The notes under the pieces: generated by a model
What the model was told of the DNA's origin: nothing
Databases searched by the model: none
What the model saw: only the letters and a program-made list of their open reading frames with translations
Shown here: positions 22,772-30,773 of the stretch, piece by piece
Position numbering within the stretch: the stretch's first letter is position 1
Layout of the letters: every line of letters begins with the position of its first letter
Made by a program: the position numbers and the translations under genes
Source: a virus
Taxonomy: Duplodnaviria; Caudoviricetes
Virus record (IMG/VR): IMGVR_UViG_3300034341_000034
Span: 1-30,773 of that record
DNA length: 30,773 bases
Strand: one strand, 5' to 3'

Positions 22772-24738
22772 TACGCAGTGAGATCCACGATTTCACAGCT
22801 ATCTCCAGAGCATGCGAGTGTTTGACTACCAGAGGTATTGTCTTCAGCCTCATACGCAGAAAGCTTTGTCCAATCGATTGCCTCTGGCATGATAGCAAGC
22901 ATTTCCTGATACACGGACTTACCAACATGCTGGTAGGGCGCTTGCTGGTAGGTGTGATCATCAAACGGTAGGAACGATACTCCAGACATTTCATCAAAAT
23001 GCTCGTAAACGAATGCACCCACCTGAAACCATTCAGAATTCTGAACATTTATAGTCACGCTAGGCTTATGTTCGGCCCAGTGTCGCTGGTACATTAGCCA
23101 CATGTTTAGTTGATCAATTGCAGACATATCCGCAGTGACCACTGCACCATCGGGTGACTTCATCGGGAATGAGAAAACCGTTGTCTGATCAGGTTTAAAA
23201 GCTTCTGGCTCGTTAGGAACGCCTGAGTCCTTCATAAACTGTGTCAAAGGATCTTTATTATCGCCCCGGACGGTACGAATATAGTAGGGGCTATGCCGTG
23301 CATGTATTCCAGAGGCGCTGTCTGTAAGCTGGGAGACAGTACCAGAAGGCTTCACGCAAGTTATAGCAGCCGATACTTCAATGCCTAACTTATCAGCCCA
23401 TTCCTTGTTGGTATCGACAGCCACCTGCTTCAGGTCTTCTAACAGTGCAGCCAGATCGCCTTCTTTGCCATTTGTAAGGGTGTTATCCATGATGCCGGTT
23501 AGCGACACCCCCAACAGCCGTTCTTCTGCCGTGTTCTTCGCCCACACCTTTCGCAGATAAGGGAACTTGGTATAGGTAGATTGTATCGTTCCCAAAATGG
23601 TTGCAATACGGACCTTGCGAATAAGATCTTTCTTAGTATCTGAAGCACGAATTACTACCTCGCTTAGATTACAAAACTGACCGCCTGTACCTGCAATAGG
23701 ATTGCCGTTCTTGTCGATCTTTGGGCCACGCAAGATGATCTCGCTGCACGGGTTAGTTCCCCATTCAAAGCTAGGGTCACGGCGTCCGTTCTTTTGGGCC
23801 TGCTTGACTGCAGCCTCACGGTTAAAGATGCCACGCTCACCAGAACCGCTTTCTGCTAGGGCAGTCCATTCACGCAGGAAGGACATGGCGTCTGGCTTTT
23901 CGGTATAGGCCACAGAGTTATTGGCTAGGCCCATGTGTGGGGCTGTTTCCCACCACTTACCACTTTTAGCGTGACGCATACGATCATCAGAAAGGTTAGA
24001 TAGGCTAATCATAGCGGAACGCCTCACTCCACCTACCACGACCACTTCACCGATCTTGCACATAATGCTATGGCATTCGTAGGAAGACAGCTTACCGCCT
24101 GCAGCCTTTTTGAAGGTATCGATGGTGAAGTTAAACAGATCAACCAAAGGCGCTGGGCCAGACGCACGACCACCGAAGGTTTTAAGTCTGGCACCGGCAG
24201 GGCGCACCTTGCTAACATCCCATGTGGGGATCTCACCGGCAAAGAGCATGCTAATCAGAAGGCGATAAGCTTTGGCCCAACCTTCCTTGCTATCCTTGAC
24301 CACAATAGTGGTTTCACTGTCGTAGAGGGTCTCTGGAACCTCTGGCAGGTTCTTGATGTACTGGCGTTCACAGCTAAACCCTACGCCTGTCCCGCATAGC
24401 AGGATGAACATAGCTTCATCAAAGGCTTTAGGGTCATCGATGACTAGGTACGAACAGTTGTACATACATGTGTTATCACGGGCGGCAGCAACACCTGCAG
24501 TCATCATGGATCGCATAGAAGGCATAACCTCAAGGCCCAAGATGGCTTGCTCAATTTCATTTGCTACATTGAAACTGTTTTCGTTTTCGCCGCTATCAAT
24601 TATAGGCTCAACAATGCTGTCCATATAACGGCCTACGGTCTCGCCCCACGTTTCACGGCGACCTTCTTCGTCTAACCAACGGGCATAGCGACTGGTGTGG
24701 ATGAAGGATTGGTAATCGGTTGGTAGATAGTTATTCAT
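22771..24738 (-). CDS. nrdJ: Class II adenosylcobalamin-dependent ribonucleotide reductase
   Basis: MPSMR, YNCSY, GTGVGFS, VVVGGVRRSA, GTNPCSEI, FCNL, TCVKPSGTVSQL, EHKPSVT, C-terminal ACSGDSC; no beta-subunit gene nearby. Start re-assigned to ATG 24738 (SD AGGAG). Confidence 0.92.
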   Translation of the reverse strand: MNNYLPTDYQSFIHTSRYARWLDEEGRRETWGETVGRYMDSIVEPIIDSGENENSFNVANEIEQAILGLEVMPSMRSMMTAGVAAARDNTCMYNCSYLVIDDPKAFDEAMFILLCGTGVGFSCERQYIKNLPEVPETLYDSETTIVVKDSKEGWAKAYRLLISMLFAGEIPTWDVSKVRPAGARLKTFGGRASGPAPLVDLFNFTIDTFKKAAGGKLSSYECHSIMCKIGEVVVVGGVRRSAMISLSNLSDDRMRHAKSGKWWETAPHMGLANNSVAYTEKPDAMSFLREWTALAESGSGERGIFNREAAVKQAQKNGRRDPSFEWGTNPCSEIILRGPKIDKNGNPIAGTGGQFCNLSEVVIRASDTKKDLIRKVRIATILGTIQSTYTKFPYLRKVWAKNTAEERLLGVSLTGIMDNTLTNGKEGDLAALLEDLKQVAVDTNKEWADKLGIEVSAAITCVKPSGTVSQLTDSASGIHARHSPYYIRTVRGDNKDPLTQFMKDSGVPNEPEAFKPDQTTVFSFPMKSPDGAVVTADMSAIDQLNMWLMYQRHWAEHKPSVTINVQNSEWFQVGAFVYEHFDEMSGVSFLPFDDHTYQQAPYQHVGKSVYQEMLAIMPEAIDWTKLSAYEAEDNTSGSQTLACSGDSCEIVDLTA

Positions 24739-24751
24739 TCCTGCTCTCCTG

Positions 24752-25078
24752 TTATCGATTATCGCCGGAGCCGCCAATCACGCCCCGTGCCATTCGACTG
24801 TTCAATTTGTCTAGGTTTTGTTGGGCGACCGTCTCCATCCCAATGCCGAGATCGGTGCAAAGGGATGCAATGTACCAAAGGGTGTCGCCTACCTCTTTGC
24901 TGATCTCTGCCCGGTCCTCTGGGGTGAACATTCCGTTCTTGTCCCGTAGGACTTTCTTGACCTTGCCTGCTACCTCACCTGCCTCACTAATGAGACCAAG
25001 GGCGGGGTAGATAATTACGTCAGCGTCATTGTAGACGGCAGTCTTAGATGCCTGTGTTTGATAGTCTTCAAAATTCAT
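24752..25078 (-). CDS. mazG: MazG-like nucleotide pyrophosphohydrolase
   Basis: MNFEDYQ...YPALGLISEAGEVAGKVKKVLRD...KEVGDTLWYIA...NLDKLNSR...GSGDNR; start re-assigned to ATG 25078. Confidence 0.9.
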   Translation of the reverse strand: MNFEDYQTQASKTAVYNDADVIIYPALGLISEAGEVAGKVKKVLRDKNGMFTPEDRAEISKEVGDTLWYIASLCTDLGIGMETVAQQNLDKLNSRMARGVIGGSGDNR

Positions 25079-25292
25079 ATTCTTCCGCCTCAATGATTTT
25101 GTTGATGTACCATTGGGCCTTTTTAAGATCCTCAATGGGGTTGTTTTTATACTGGTGTCGCCACAGGTATTTGATTGCGTTGCCTTGGCAGTAGGACTTG
25201 AATCCTTCATGTCCGAGGGCGGCATAAATGGCTTCGATACACTCAATGCCTGCTTGATTGTAATGCGGGGGGCTGTTCACATTATCCGCCAT
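25068..25292 (-). CDS. DUF3310 protein (T7 gp1.7-like nucleotide kinase family)
   Basis: DNVNSPPHY...IECIEAI...YCQGNAIKYLWR...K...EDLKKAQWYI signature. Confidence 0.9.
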   Translation of the reverse strand: MADNVNSPPHYNQAGIECIEAIYAALGHEGFKSYCQGNAIKYLWRHQYKNNPIEDLKKAQWYINKIIEAEEYEF

Positions 25293-25588
25293 CAGTTTTT
25301 CCGATTGAATGGAATTACTTTGCTTTCAGCGATGGCTTGCTCAAGTTCATCGGCAGGCTCAAATTCTATCTGAACCTCAGCCTGATCTAGAATCATGTTG
25401 CCCAGATCCACAAAGAAAAATGGGTTGTTTTGGATCATGTAGCCGATGCCCTCAATCAGAGCTTCGTAGTGTTCGACTTCTTCTTCAGACACGTTTCCTA
25501 CAAGGTTGCTAAAGGCGCTAAGATTGAAGCCGGTGTGATCCACAGGGGTTACAAAGATACCGCATGCGATGGGGTCTTTATCTTTCAT
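25292..25588 (-). CDS. Hypothetical protein
   Basis: 98 aa, acidic, with C-terminal KVIPF; translationally coupled to both neighbours. Confidence 0.7.
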   Translation of the reverse strand: MKDKDPIACGIFVTPVDHTGFNLSAFSNLVGNVSEEEVEHYEALIEGIGYMIQNNPFFFVDLGNMILDQAEVQIEFEPADELEQAIAESKVIPFNRKN

Positions 25589-25935
25589 TTTTTCTTTCCA
25601 ATCAGTTTGAAAAAGTGTTCTGCATCCATCAGGGCGAGGGGCTTTTGCCTGTCTGCTTTGATGATTGCGATTGGTTCAGCTTTAGGTGGGCAGTTGGCTT
25701 CAGCTTGTTCCATGAATTTGTATGCGCTGATCTTGTTCAGAGCCTTGCATTCAACAGAGTAGGGAAAGAGCTTCCTAGCAGCGGGGGACAGTTGAACGTC
25801 TTCCCCGCCTTGACCCATTCCAGTGGAACGGACATCATCTGGTTCCAATTTCGGAAACAGAGCTAGTATTTTATCTCTTACCCATTGCTGGTGACGCCGC
25901 CCCTTAGCCTTTGCAGACTGAGGTTTTATCGCCAT
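25585..25935 (-). CDS. Holliday-junction resolvase-like PD-(D/E)xK endonuclease
   Basis: SAKAKGRRHQQWVRD...GEDVQL...FPYSVECK...Y...QA...PIAIIK. Confidence 0.75.
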   Translation of the reverse strand: MAIKPQSAKAKGRRHQQWVRDKILALFPKLEPDDVRSTGMGQGGEDVQLSPAARKLFPYSVECKALNKISAYKFMEQAEANCPPKAEPIAIIKADRQKPLALMDAEHFFKLIGKKK

Positions 25936-25937
25936 GC

Positions 25938-26786
25938 TTAATCCTCAACGAACCAGTACGAAGGCGGTTCCTTAGCCTTCGACATGGGGTGAGGTTTATA
26001 CTCTGCCTTGGGGTAGCACGCTTGAGTGAAGTCACAGAATGAACAAGCCATAGGCAACCGTTTAAGGCCCGTAGGCTTACGATTGAACTTATCAGGCACG
26101 GGATCAAACTGCCGTTCCAGAGGCGCTCCGCTAGTAATCTTTTCAACAGTGTTTTTCATAGCAAACATGTTGTAGGATTTCTCAGATGCAGAAACATTTG
26201 CATCCACTGCAAGCATTGCACCGGTAGACTTGTTCACAACAATCCAGCCACCCAGATCTTTGTCTTGGGCTTGGGCATAACCGGTGAGCTGACCGATGTA
26301 GCCGAATGGATCGTCTTCCTTTAGAGCCTCGTAGCCGTGAGACCATTTCTTATCGAAAGCAAAGGGGCTGCAGGACTTAACGTCATAGATCTTATGATCA
26401 ATTTCTATGTCATCTTCACCTTTGATGGTGACTGAGCCAAAGTCCATTTCGACACGGTTTTTACCGCCGGTAATGTTAACCTCTGCGACCTTCAAGATCA
26501 GATTAGTGATGCACTCTACAGCGTCACCGATCATCATCTGAACCTTGAAGTTCTTGGACTTGCGTTTCTGTTCAGAACCCATTGCGCCATGTTGTAGCTG
26601 GCATAAAGGCTTCCCGATGTTTGACATCCGCAGACGAAAATCTCTGTCTTGCGGAGTAAGCTGCTTGCGAAGAGCCGCCTTAAACTCTTCGCCTGCCTCT
26701 TCTATCCATGCATCCTCAATGGTTAGACCATCAAATTCATCATTGGATAGTTTGTCATTTGTGGCATCCAGTTTGGATTGCAGCAT
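25938..26786 (-). CDS. Cas4/RecB-like PD-(D/E)xK exonuclease
   Basis: LRMSNIGKPLC, GEDD...YDVKS, GYIGQLTGYA, C-terminal CSFCDFTQAC (1+3 cysteine arrangement). Confidence 0.8.
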   Translation of the reverse strand: MLQSKLDATNDKLSNDEFDGLTIEDAWIEEAGEEFKAALRKQLTPQDRDFRLRMSNIGKPLCQLQHGAMGSEQKRKSKNFKVQMMIGDAVECITNLILKVAEVNITGGKNRVEMDFGSVTIKGEDDIEIDHKIYDVKSCSPFAFDKKWSHGYEALKEDDPFGYIGQLTGYAQAQDKDLGGWIVVNKSTGAMLAVDANVSASEKSYNMFAMKNTVEKITSGAPLERQFDPVPDKFNRKPTGLKRLPMACSFCDFTQACYPKAEYKPHPMSKAKEPPSYWFVED

Positions 26787-27640
26787 TAGGCTACATCTAC
26801 GAAGTCATTGTCGAGACTGTCTTCGATGTTCAGTGCATTCATTGCCTTGCTATCAAGCGAACCTTCTTTGATTGCCTCAAAGTATTTGGCATCAATTTCT
26901 TGGTTCTCTTTCTTGATAGCCTGCGCAAAGACAGACATCGTATCGAACACCTGTTGGGTCATATCCAGCTTCTTGGACAGGTCAACCTTGTAGGTAGGTG
27001 TGTACCAAACCACGGAGCCGTTTTCGTTGTAGTCGGCACCCATTTCAGTCTCATACTCATAGATGTTTGAGCCTTTAGGCAGGTTCTTCATAAAGCCGTT
27101 CCAAAAGCCACCAAAAGTGCTGTTCTTGTGGAACATGATGCAAGGCTGGTTCTCAATGGAAACCTTCTCGCCATCAGCGGTCACACCATCGTAGCTTACC
27201 AGCCCACGGGTGACACGATGCTTCATGGACTTATACACTTTAGCGTCAGCGTAGTCCATTTCCTGCAGCGTTTCCCATGAAGGGTAACCACAGGCAATGC
27301 CGCCTTTGATGTCACGGGCTTCATCACGGGGGCTTGGGATGGCAATAGACTTGTTCACCAGTGTGCGCTTCCCGTCGATTTCATCCCAATGGAAGTATTG
27401 AATGTGCGTAGCTAACGGGCGGAACATAACAGTCTCGCCGTAAACCTTCTGATCCATATTGGTCAGAAAGTAATTCGCTTCTGGGATAGCTTTCTTAGTA
27501 TCCTTGTCACGGCTGCGTGAGTTAATTTTAAGCTCTGGTACACGAACAATCGCTCCACCAGTGCCGCCTGTTACTTGAGTGCCTAGCAGTTCGTTCATTG
27601 CCTGCAGGTCTTGTTGATTTACATTTGTAAGATCATTCAT
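26786..27640 (-). CDS. Putative single-stranded DNA-binding / recombination protein
   Basis: 284 aa, between polymerase and exonuclease; acidic C-terminal tail EDSLDNDFVDVA; own promoter and SD GAGG. Function is inferred from synteny. Confidence 0.5.
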   Translation of the reverse strand: MNDLTNVNQQDLQAMNELLGTQVTGGTGGAIVRVPELKINSRSRDKDTKKAIPEANYFLTNMDQKVYGETVMFRPLATHIQYFHWDEIDGKRTLVNKSIAIPSPRDEARDIKGGIACGYPSWETLQEMDYADAKVYKSMKHRVTRGLVSYDGVTADGEKVSIENQPCIMFHKNSTFGGFWNGFMKNLPKGSNIYEYETEMGADYNENGSVVWYTPTYKVDLSKKLDMTQQVFDTMSVFAQAIKKENQEIDAKYFEAIKEGSLDSKAMNALNIEDSLDNDFVDVA

Positions 27641-27671
27641 CTCGATTCGATCCTCTATTGATTGGAACTAC

Positions 27672-27701
27672 AGTATGGCATTACTAAGTGGCACAAGTCA
27701 A
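27672..27701 (-). promoter_or_regulatory. Sigma70-like internal promoter upstream of the SSB-like gene
   Basis: Minus strand TTGACT (27701-27696, overlapping the polymerase TGA), 18 nt, CATACT (27677-27672), with an extended -10 TGn. Confidence 0.6.
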
Positions 27702-29830
27702 TCATATTCGACTTGATCCAGCCAATTTTTGCCACGGGATGTTTCTATCTTTAGAGGCAGAATAAAGTCATAATTCCATAGCTCTTTTGCTTCATCTGTG
27801 ACCTTTTCCATGGCCCACTGCAGCACCTTTTTGACCTGTTGCTCTTCATCGGGGTGGGTATCTACCACAATAGAATCATGCACAGTCAGAACTAGCTTAG
27901 AGCGCAGGTTAAGTTCCTTGAACTTTCGGAATGCCCGTATGCAACTAAGTGGCACAATGTCGGCGGTCGCTGCAGACTGCACAGGGTAGTTCACCTGTTG
28001 TGTGTAGTGCTTTGTGCGACCATTCTTGCGGCGTTCCTCATTAGGCCAATAGAACTGCCGCCCTGAGAAGATCTGTATGTGGCCGGTCTTTAGCACACCA
28101 TCTGTGAGCTTCTTGTGGTAAGCCCCAAGGCCTTTGTAGATGTTAAAGAACTCAGTGTAGTAGTTCTTGATATGCCCTTCGTACTGATTCCCTGTAGCCC
28201 CATAAATAGGAGCGAACGAATGAGCCTTTGCTAACTGCCTGTTTTCCTTAGATATTTCAGAGGGGTCACACTGGTCGATAATAGACGCAGTCTGCTTGTG
28301 CAGGTCTTTGCCTTCCAGAACGTCCTTAATGATCTGAGGGTCACGGGATAGTTCCCCAGCCATAACAAATTCTAAGCCGCTGAAATCGCTCTCAATTATA
28401 AGACCGTCAGGGAATCGGCTCACCATAGCCTCACGCACAGGAAATCCACGCTTGGGCATGTTCTGTAGGTTAGGTGCAGAGGAAGACAAACGACCAGTAG
28501 CTGTTATGCACTGGTTGAATTGTGCATGTAGAATGCCGTCTGCCCGTGTCCATGTCTCAATACCTAAGATGAAACTGTCTAAGTACATGCTAACCGCACT
28601 TAACTCAGTCATAAGTTCGAGGTATTCTACGGCTAAGTGGTTGCGCTTTCTCCGGGCCTGTTCGATCAGAAGCTTGATCGTGTGCTTATCTGTTTTGAAG
28701 CCATTATAGGATGCGTCACTGGGTCCAGCCGGGTTAAGCTTTAGGCCAGCGACCTTTCCATTGGGAACATAGAAAGCGCCTACGCCTTTGCACTCAGGAC
28801 ACTTGGACAGGTTCTTGTATGGCGCACCTTGAACCTTATACTTTTTACCGTTTTTCTGACGGGTCACAGACAGAAATTTTTGGATCAGGCCTCTGCCATC
28901 ACAACGGTCACAGCATACTACATCAGTTTTGTGCAACACCTTAGTGTTTGACCGATACGCATCGTTAAACTCTTTGCGGTTCATGCGAGGCGGGTACAGA
29001 GCCTTACCTGCTTCATCAGTTCCTATGTTGAACATCCGAACATGAAGTTCTTTGTTTATTAGACCCCGTGAGTAAATGATCTCAGAACGATCTGTACCGC
29101 TTGCAAGGTTGTAGGGCTTATCACCCATCACCTCTTCCGTGATTTCATCCAGCCTGTTATTACAATAGTTATAACGCTCTCTGAAGTGTGCCTCGATTTT
29201 GTTAAGCGCAGCCTTATCAATCTTCACGCCATTGCGCTCAATCTCAACCAAGAACAAAAGCATTTCGTTCATCATAGCGACCACGCTCTGCATGCTTTGG
29301 TTCTCAGGCTTTGCGTAGTCCTCTTGCTGCGCTAAGTATATCTCAGAACAGGACACCACATCTGCCTCTGCGTACTCCAAAACTGTTTCCCACGGCATGG
29401 CCTCGAAGCCCGTCCCGCCCTTAAAAAGTTCATCTACAAGATCAGATTTCTTTCGGGTAACGTCACGGCGTTCCGCTGTAGCTTTAAGCGACAATTGCTG
29501 GCGTTGACCTTTAGCCAGAACGTATTCACCAATCTGAGTGCAGTATACTTCTGGTGGGATCTCAAAGCCCATTTCCATTAACCACATCACATCAAATTTG
29601 GCGTTGTGTGCTACAAGCATATCAGCCTGCTTTAGAGCCTCACGCAGAGGCGCTGGGCTATCAGGGTTAGGTTTATCATTGTGGTGGAATACCAGTGTTT
29701 GGACAGGCTCACCCAGCCAGCAATAGTGTGCAGAAACACATCTGTTATCTGGGTTGAAGGGTGCGTTGTCTATTTTACCATCAAGTCTTTGTACCGTTGT
29801 TTCTAAATCCAGAATTAGTATCTTCTTCAT
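27698..29830 (-). CDS. polA: Family A DNA polymerase with 3'-5' exonuclease and DnaJ-type zinc-finger insertion
   Basis: LDLETT, AHNAKFD, YAEADV (exonuclease I-III); TATGRLSS..PNLQN, DFSGLE, RQLAKAHSFAPIYG, NYPVQS, TVHDSI; CDRCDGRG and CPECKGVG. Confidence 0.95.
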   Translation of the reverse strand: MKKILILDLETTVQRLDGKIDNAPFNPDNRCVSAHYCWLGEPVQTLVFHHNDKPNPDSPAPLREALKQADMLVAHNAKFDVMWLMEMGFEIPPEVYCTQIGEYVLAKGQRQQLSLKATAERRDVTRKKSDLVDELFKGGTGFEAMPWETVLEYAEADVVSCSEIYLAQQEDYAKPENQSMQSVVAMMNEMLLFLVEIERNGVKIDKAALNKIEAHFRERYNYCNNRLDEITEEVMGDKPYNLASGTDRSEIIYSRGLINKELHVRMFNIGTDEAGKALYPPRMNRKEFNDAYRSNTKVLHKTDVVCCDRCDGRGLIQKFLSVTRQKNGKKYKVQGAPYKNLSKCPECKGVGAFYVPNGKVAGLKLNPAGPSDASYNGFKTDKHTIKLLIEQARRKRNHLAVEYLELMTELSAVSMYLDSFILGIETWTRADGILHAQFNQCITATGRLSSSAPNLQNMPKRGFPVREAMVSRFPDGLIIESDFSGLEFVMAGELSRDPQIIKDVLEGKDLHKQTASIIDQCDPSEISKENRQLAKAHSFAPIYGATGNQYEGHIKNYYTEFFNIYKGLGAYHKKLTDGVLKTGHIQIFSGRQFYWPNEERRKNGRTKHYTQQVNYPVQSAATADIVPLSCIRAFRKFKELNLRSKLVLTVHDSIVVDTHPDEEQQVKKVLQWAMEKVTDEAKELWNYDFILPLKIETSRGKNWLDQVEYD

Positions 29831-30354
29831 TTTATCCGCCCATAGAATTTTGTTGTTATTGTTGGGTCGTGCCGGTCAAACAGATGCCAGCTACAGTTGT
29901 CCTTGCCTGTGGTGTTATCGAACCACTTGACCCGCCCCACGCTTACGATCCTGCGAAGCCGGGGTAGGAACTGCATTGCCTGTTTTGTGTGGACCCAATC
30001 GCTATCAAACAGGAGCCATGTAGGCCGCAGGTTTGAGAATGTTTCGATCATCGGGTGCAGGATCTTACGGTCCCATGGTGGGTTTGTAATTATAACATCC
30101 GTGCGCCCTAGATGCGGCTCACTTAGATCCAGAGCATCCAGACACTCTATCTCAATGCTCATGGGGTGTATGTCGTAGGCTGCAGAGCATGTTAGACCTG
30201 CACCTATTAAGGTTTTGATTAAAGCACCGTCACCTGCACAAGGCTCACAGAAAGATTGAACTTCCTGAAGGTGTGGTACTAGCGGTTTTACTGCCGCCGC
30301 CGGGGTCTTGTAGAAGTCCCGTGGCAGTCTCTGGAAATCAGATCGCTTCCCCAT
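29827..30354 (-). CDS. DNA amino-methyltransferase (probably N6-adenine)
   Basis: RDFYKTP, EPCAGDG (SAM binding), IITNPPW (catalytic). ATG 30354 is TAATG-coupled to the upstream ORF (the track start is GTG 30366). Confidence 0.85.
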   Translation of the reverse strand: MGKRSDFQRLPRDFYKTPAAAVKPLVPHLQEVQSFCEPCAGDGALIKTLIGAGLTCSAAYDIHPMSIEIECLDALDLSEPHLGRTDVIITNPPWDRKILHPMIETFSNLRPTWLLFDSDWVHTKQAMQFLPRLRRIVSVGRVKWFDNTTGKDNCSWHLFDRHDPTITTKFYGRIK

Positions 30355-30515
30355 TACAGCTTCCACAGCTTGTTCTGGTTTAGGATCATTTCCTGCAGTA
30401 GATCTATCTGACGATTGATAAGCTTCTGCTTTGTTTCGTTGTTAGAATCCCTACGCTTTTGGCTATCTTTCAACAGCTCTTCGTAAAATTCTCTAAGATC
30501 ATCCTCACTCAGCAT
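30354..30515 (-). CDS. Small helical hypothetical protein (53 aa, not in ORF track)
   Basis: Read by hand: MLSEDDLREFYEELLKDSQKRRDSNNETKQKLINRQIDLLQEMILNQNKLWKL*; SD GAGGTG; fills the helicase-methyltransferase gap. Confidence 0.7.
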   Translation of the reverse strand: MLSEDDLREFYEELLKDSQKRRDSNNETKQKLINRQIDLLQEMILNQNKLWKL

Positions 30516-30773
30516 AGCGGCTCACCTCTGGTTCGATTTTGCAGTAAATGGCTCCGTGGAACCCCGACAGCTTGTTCTTGGATATGTACAAACAACGCTC
30601 AGTGTTCTGTTCATCGTCCCCGCCACCTGCAGCTTTACCGATGCCAATGATTACGTCTGCTTCCGCAGCCTTGCCCGTCTTGGAGCCTTCAAGCATGGAG
30701 AAGTCGATGCGGGTCTTTCCCTCTGCATCAGCGGATGCCTGTGACACAGCAATCACTGCACAGTCATGCCGTT
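30505..30773 (-). CDS. DnaB-like SF4 helicase (primase/helicase), C-terminal fragment
   Basis: RHDCAVIAVSQA (H3), LEGSKTGKAAEADVIIGI (H4), ISKNKLSG; the frame is open to the window edge. Confidence 0.88.
   Translation of the reverse strand, partial: RHDCAVIAVSQASADAEGKTRIDFSMLEGSKTGKAAEADVIIGIGKAAGGGDDEQNTERCLYISKNKLSGFHGAIYCKIEPEVSRYAE

Noticed and set aside
27655-27668. GTTCCAAT in the SSB-like gene leader as the target of sRNA2
   Set aside because: Only 8 contiguous nt match, partly within the sRNA terminator stem and straddling the predicted start site, and pairing does not extend cleanly into the SD. Chance is plausible.

Overview
This window is the central part of a marine podovirus-like phage genome with two convergent arms. 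The + arm (1-20432) holds the major capsid C-terminus, tail tubular proteins A/B, four tail-fibre/adhesin genes, a GNAT acetyltransferase, a lysozyme with overlapping spanins, and large putative internal virion (ejection) proteins. The - arm (30773-21073) holds a helicase C-terminus, an amino-methyltransferase, family A DNA polymerase with a DnaJ-type zinc-finger insertion, an SSB-like protein, a Cas4-like exonuclease, a resolvase, DUF3310, MazG, a class II (B12-dependent) ribonucleotide reductase, glutaredoxin, an Rmf-like protein and PhoH. This gene set matches HMO-2011-type phages of marine Alphaproteobacteria (inferred from recognised motifs; no database search was run). The most unusual region is the ~640-bp arm junction (20433-21081), which has no ORF in the supplied track. 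It appears to encode two paralogous minus-strand small RNAs built on one scaffold: a -35 box hidden in a + strand terminator loop, an anti-Shine-Dalgarno hairpin, and an identical 22-nt terminator core. They flank an independently promoted 58-aa ORF whose ribosome-binding region is complementary to sRNA1 over 23 nt. Four small ORFs below the track cutoff were read by hand.
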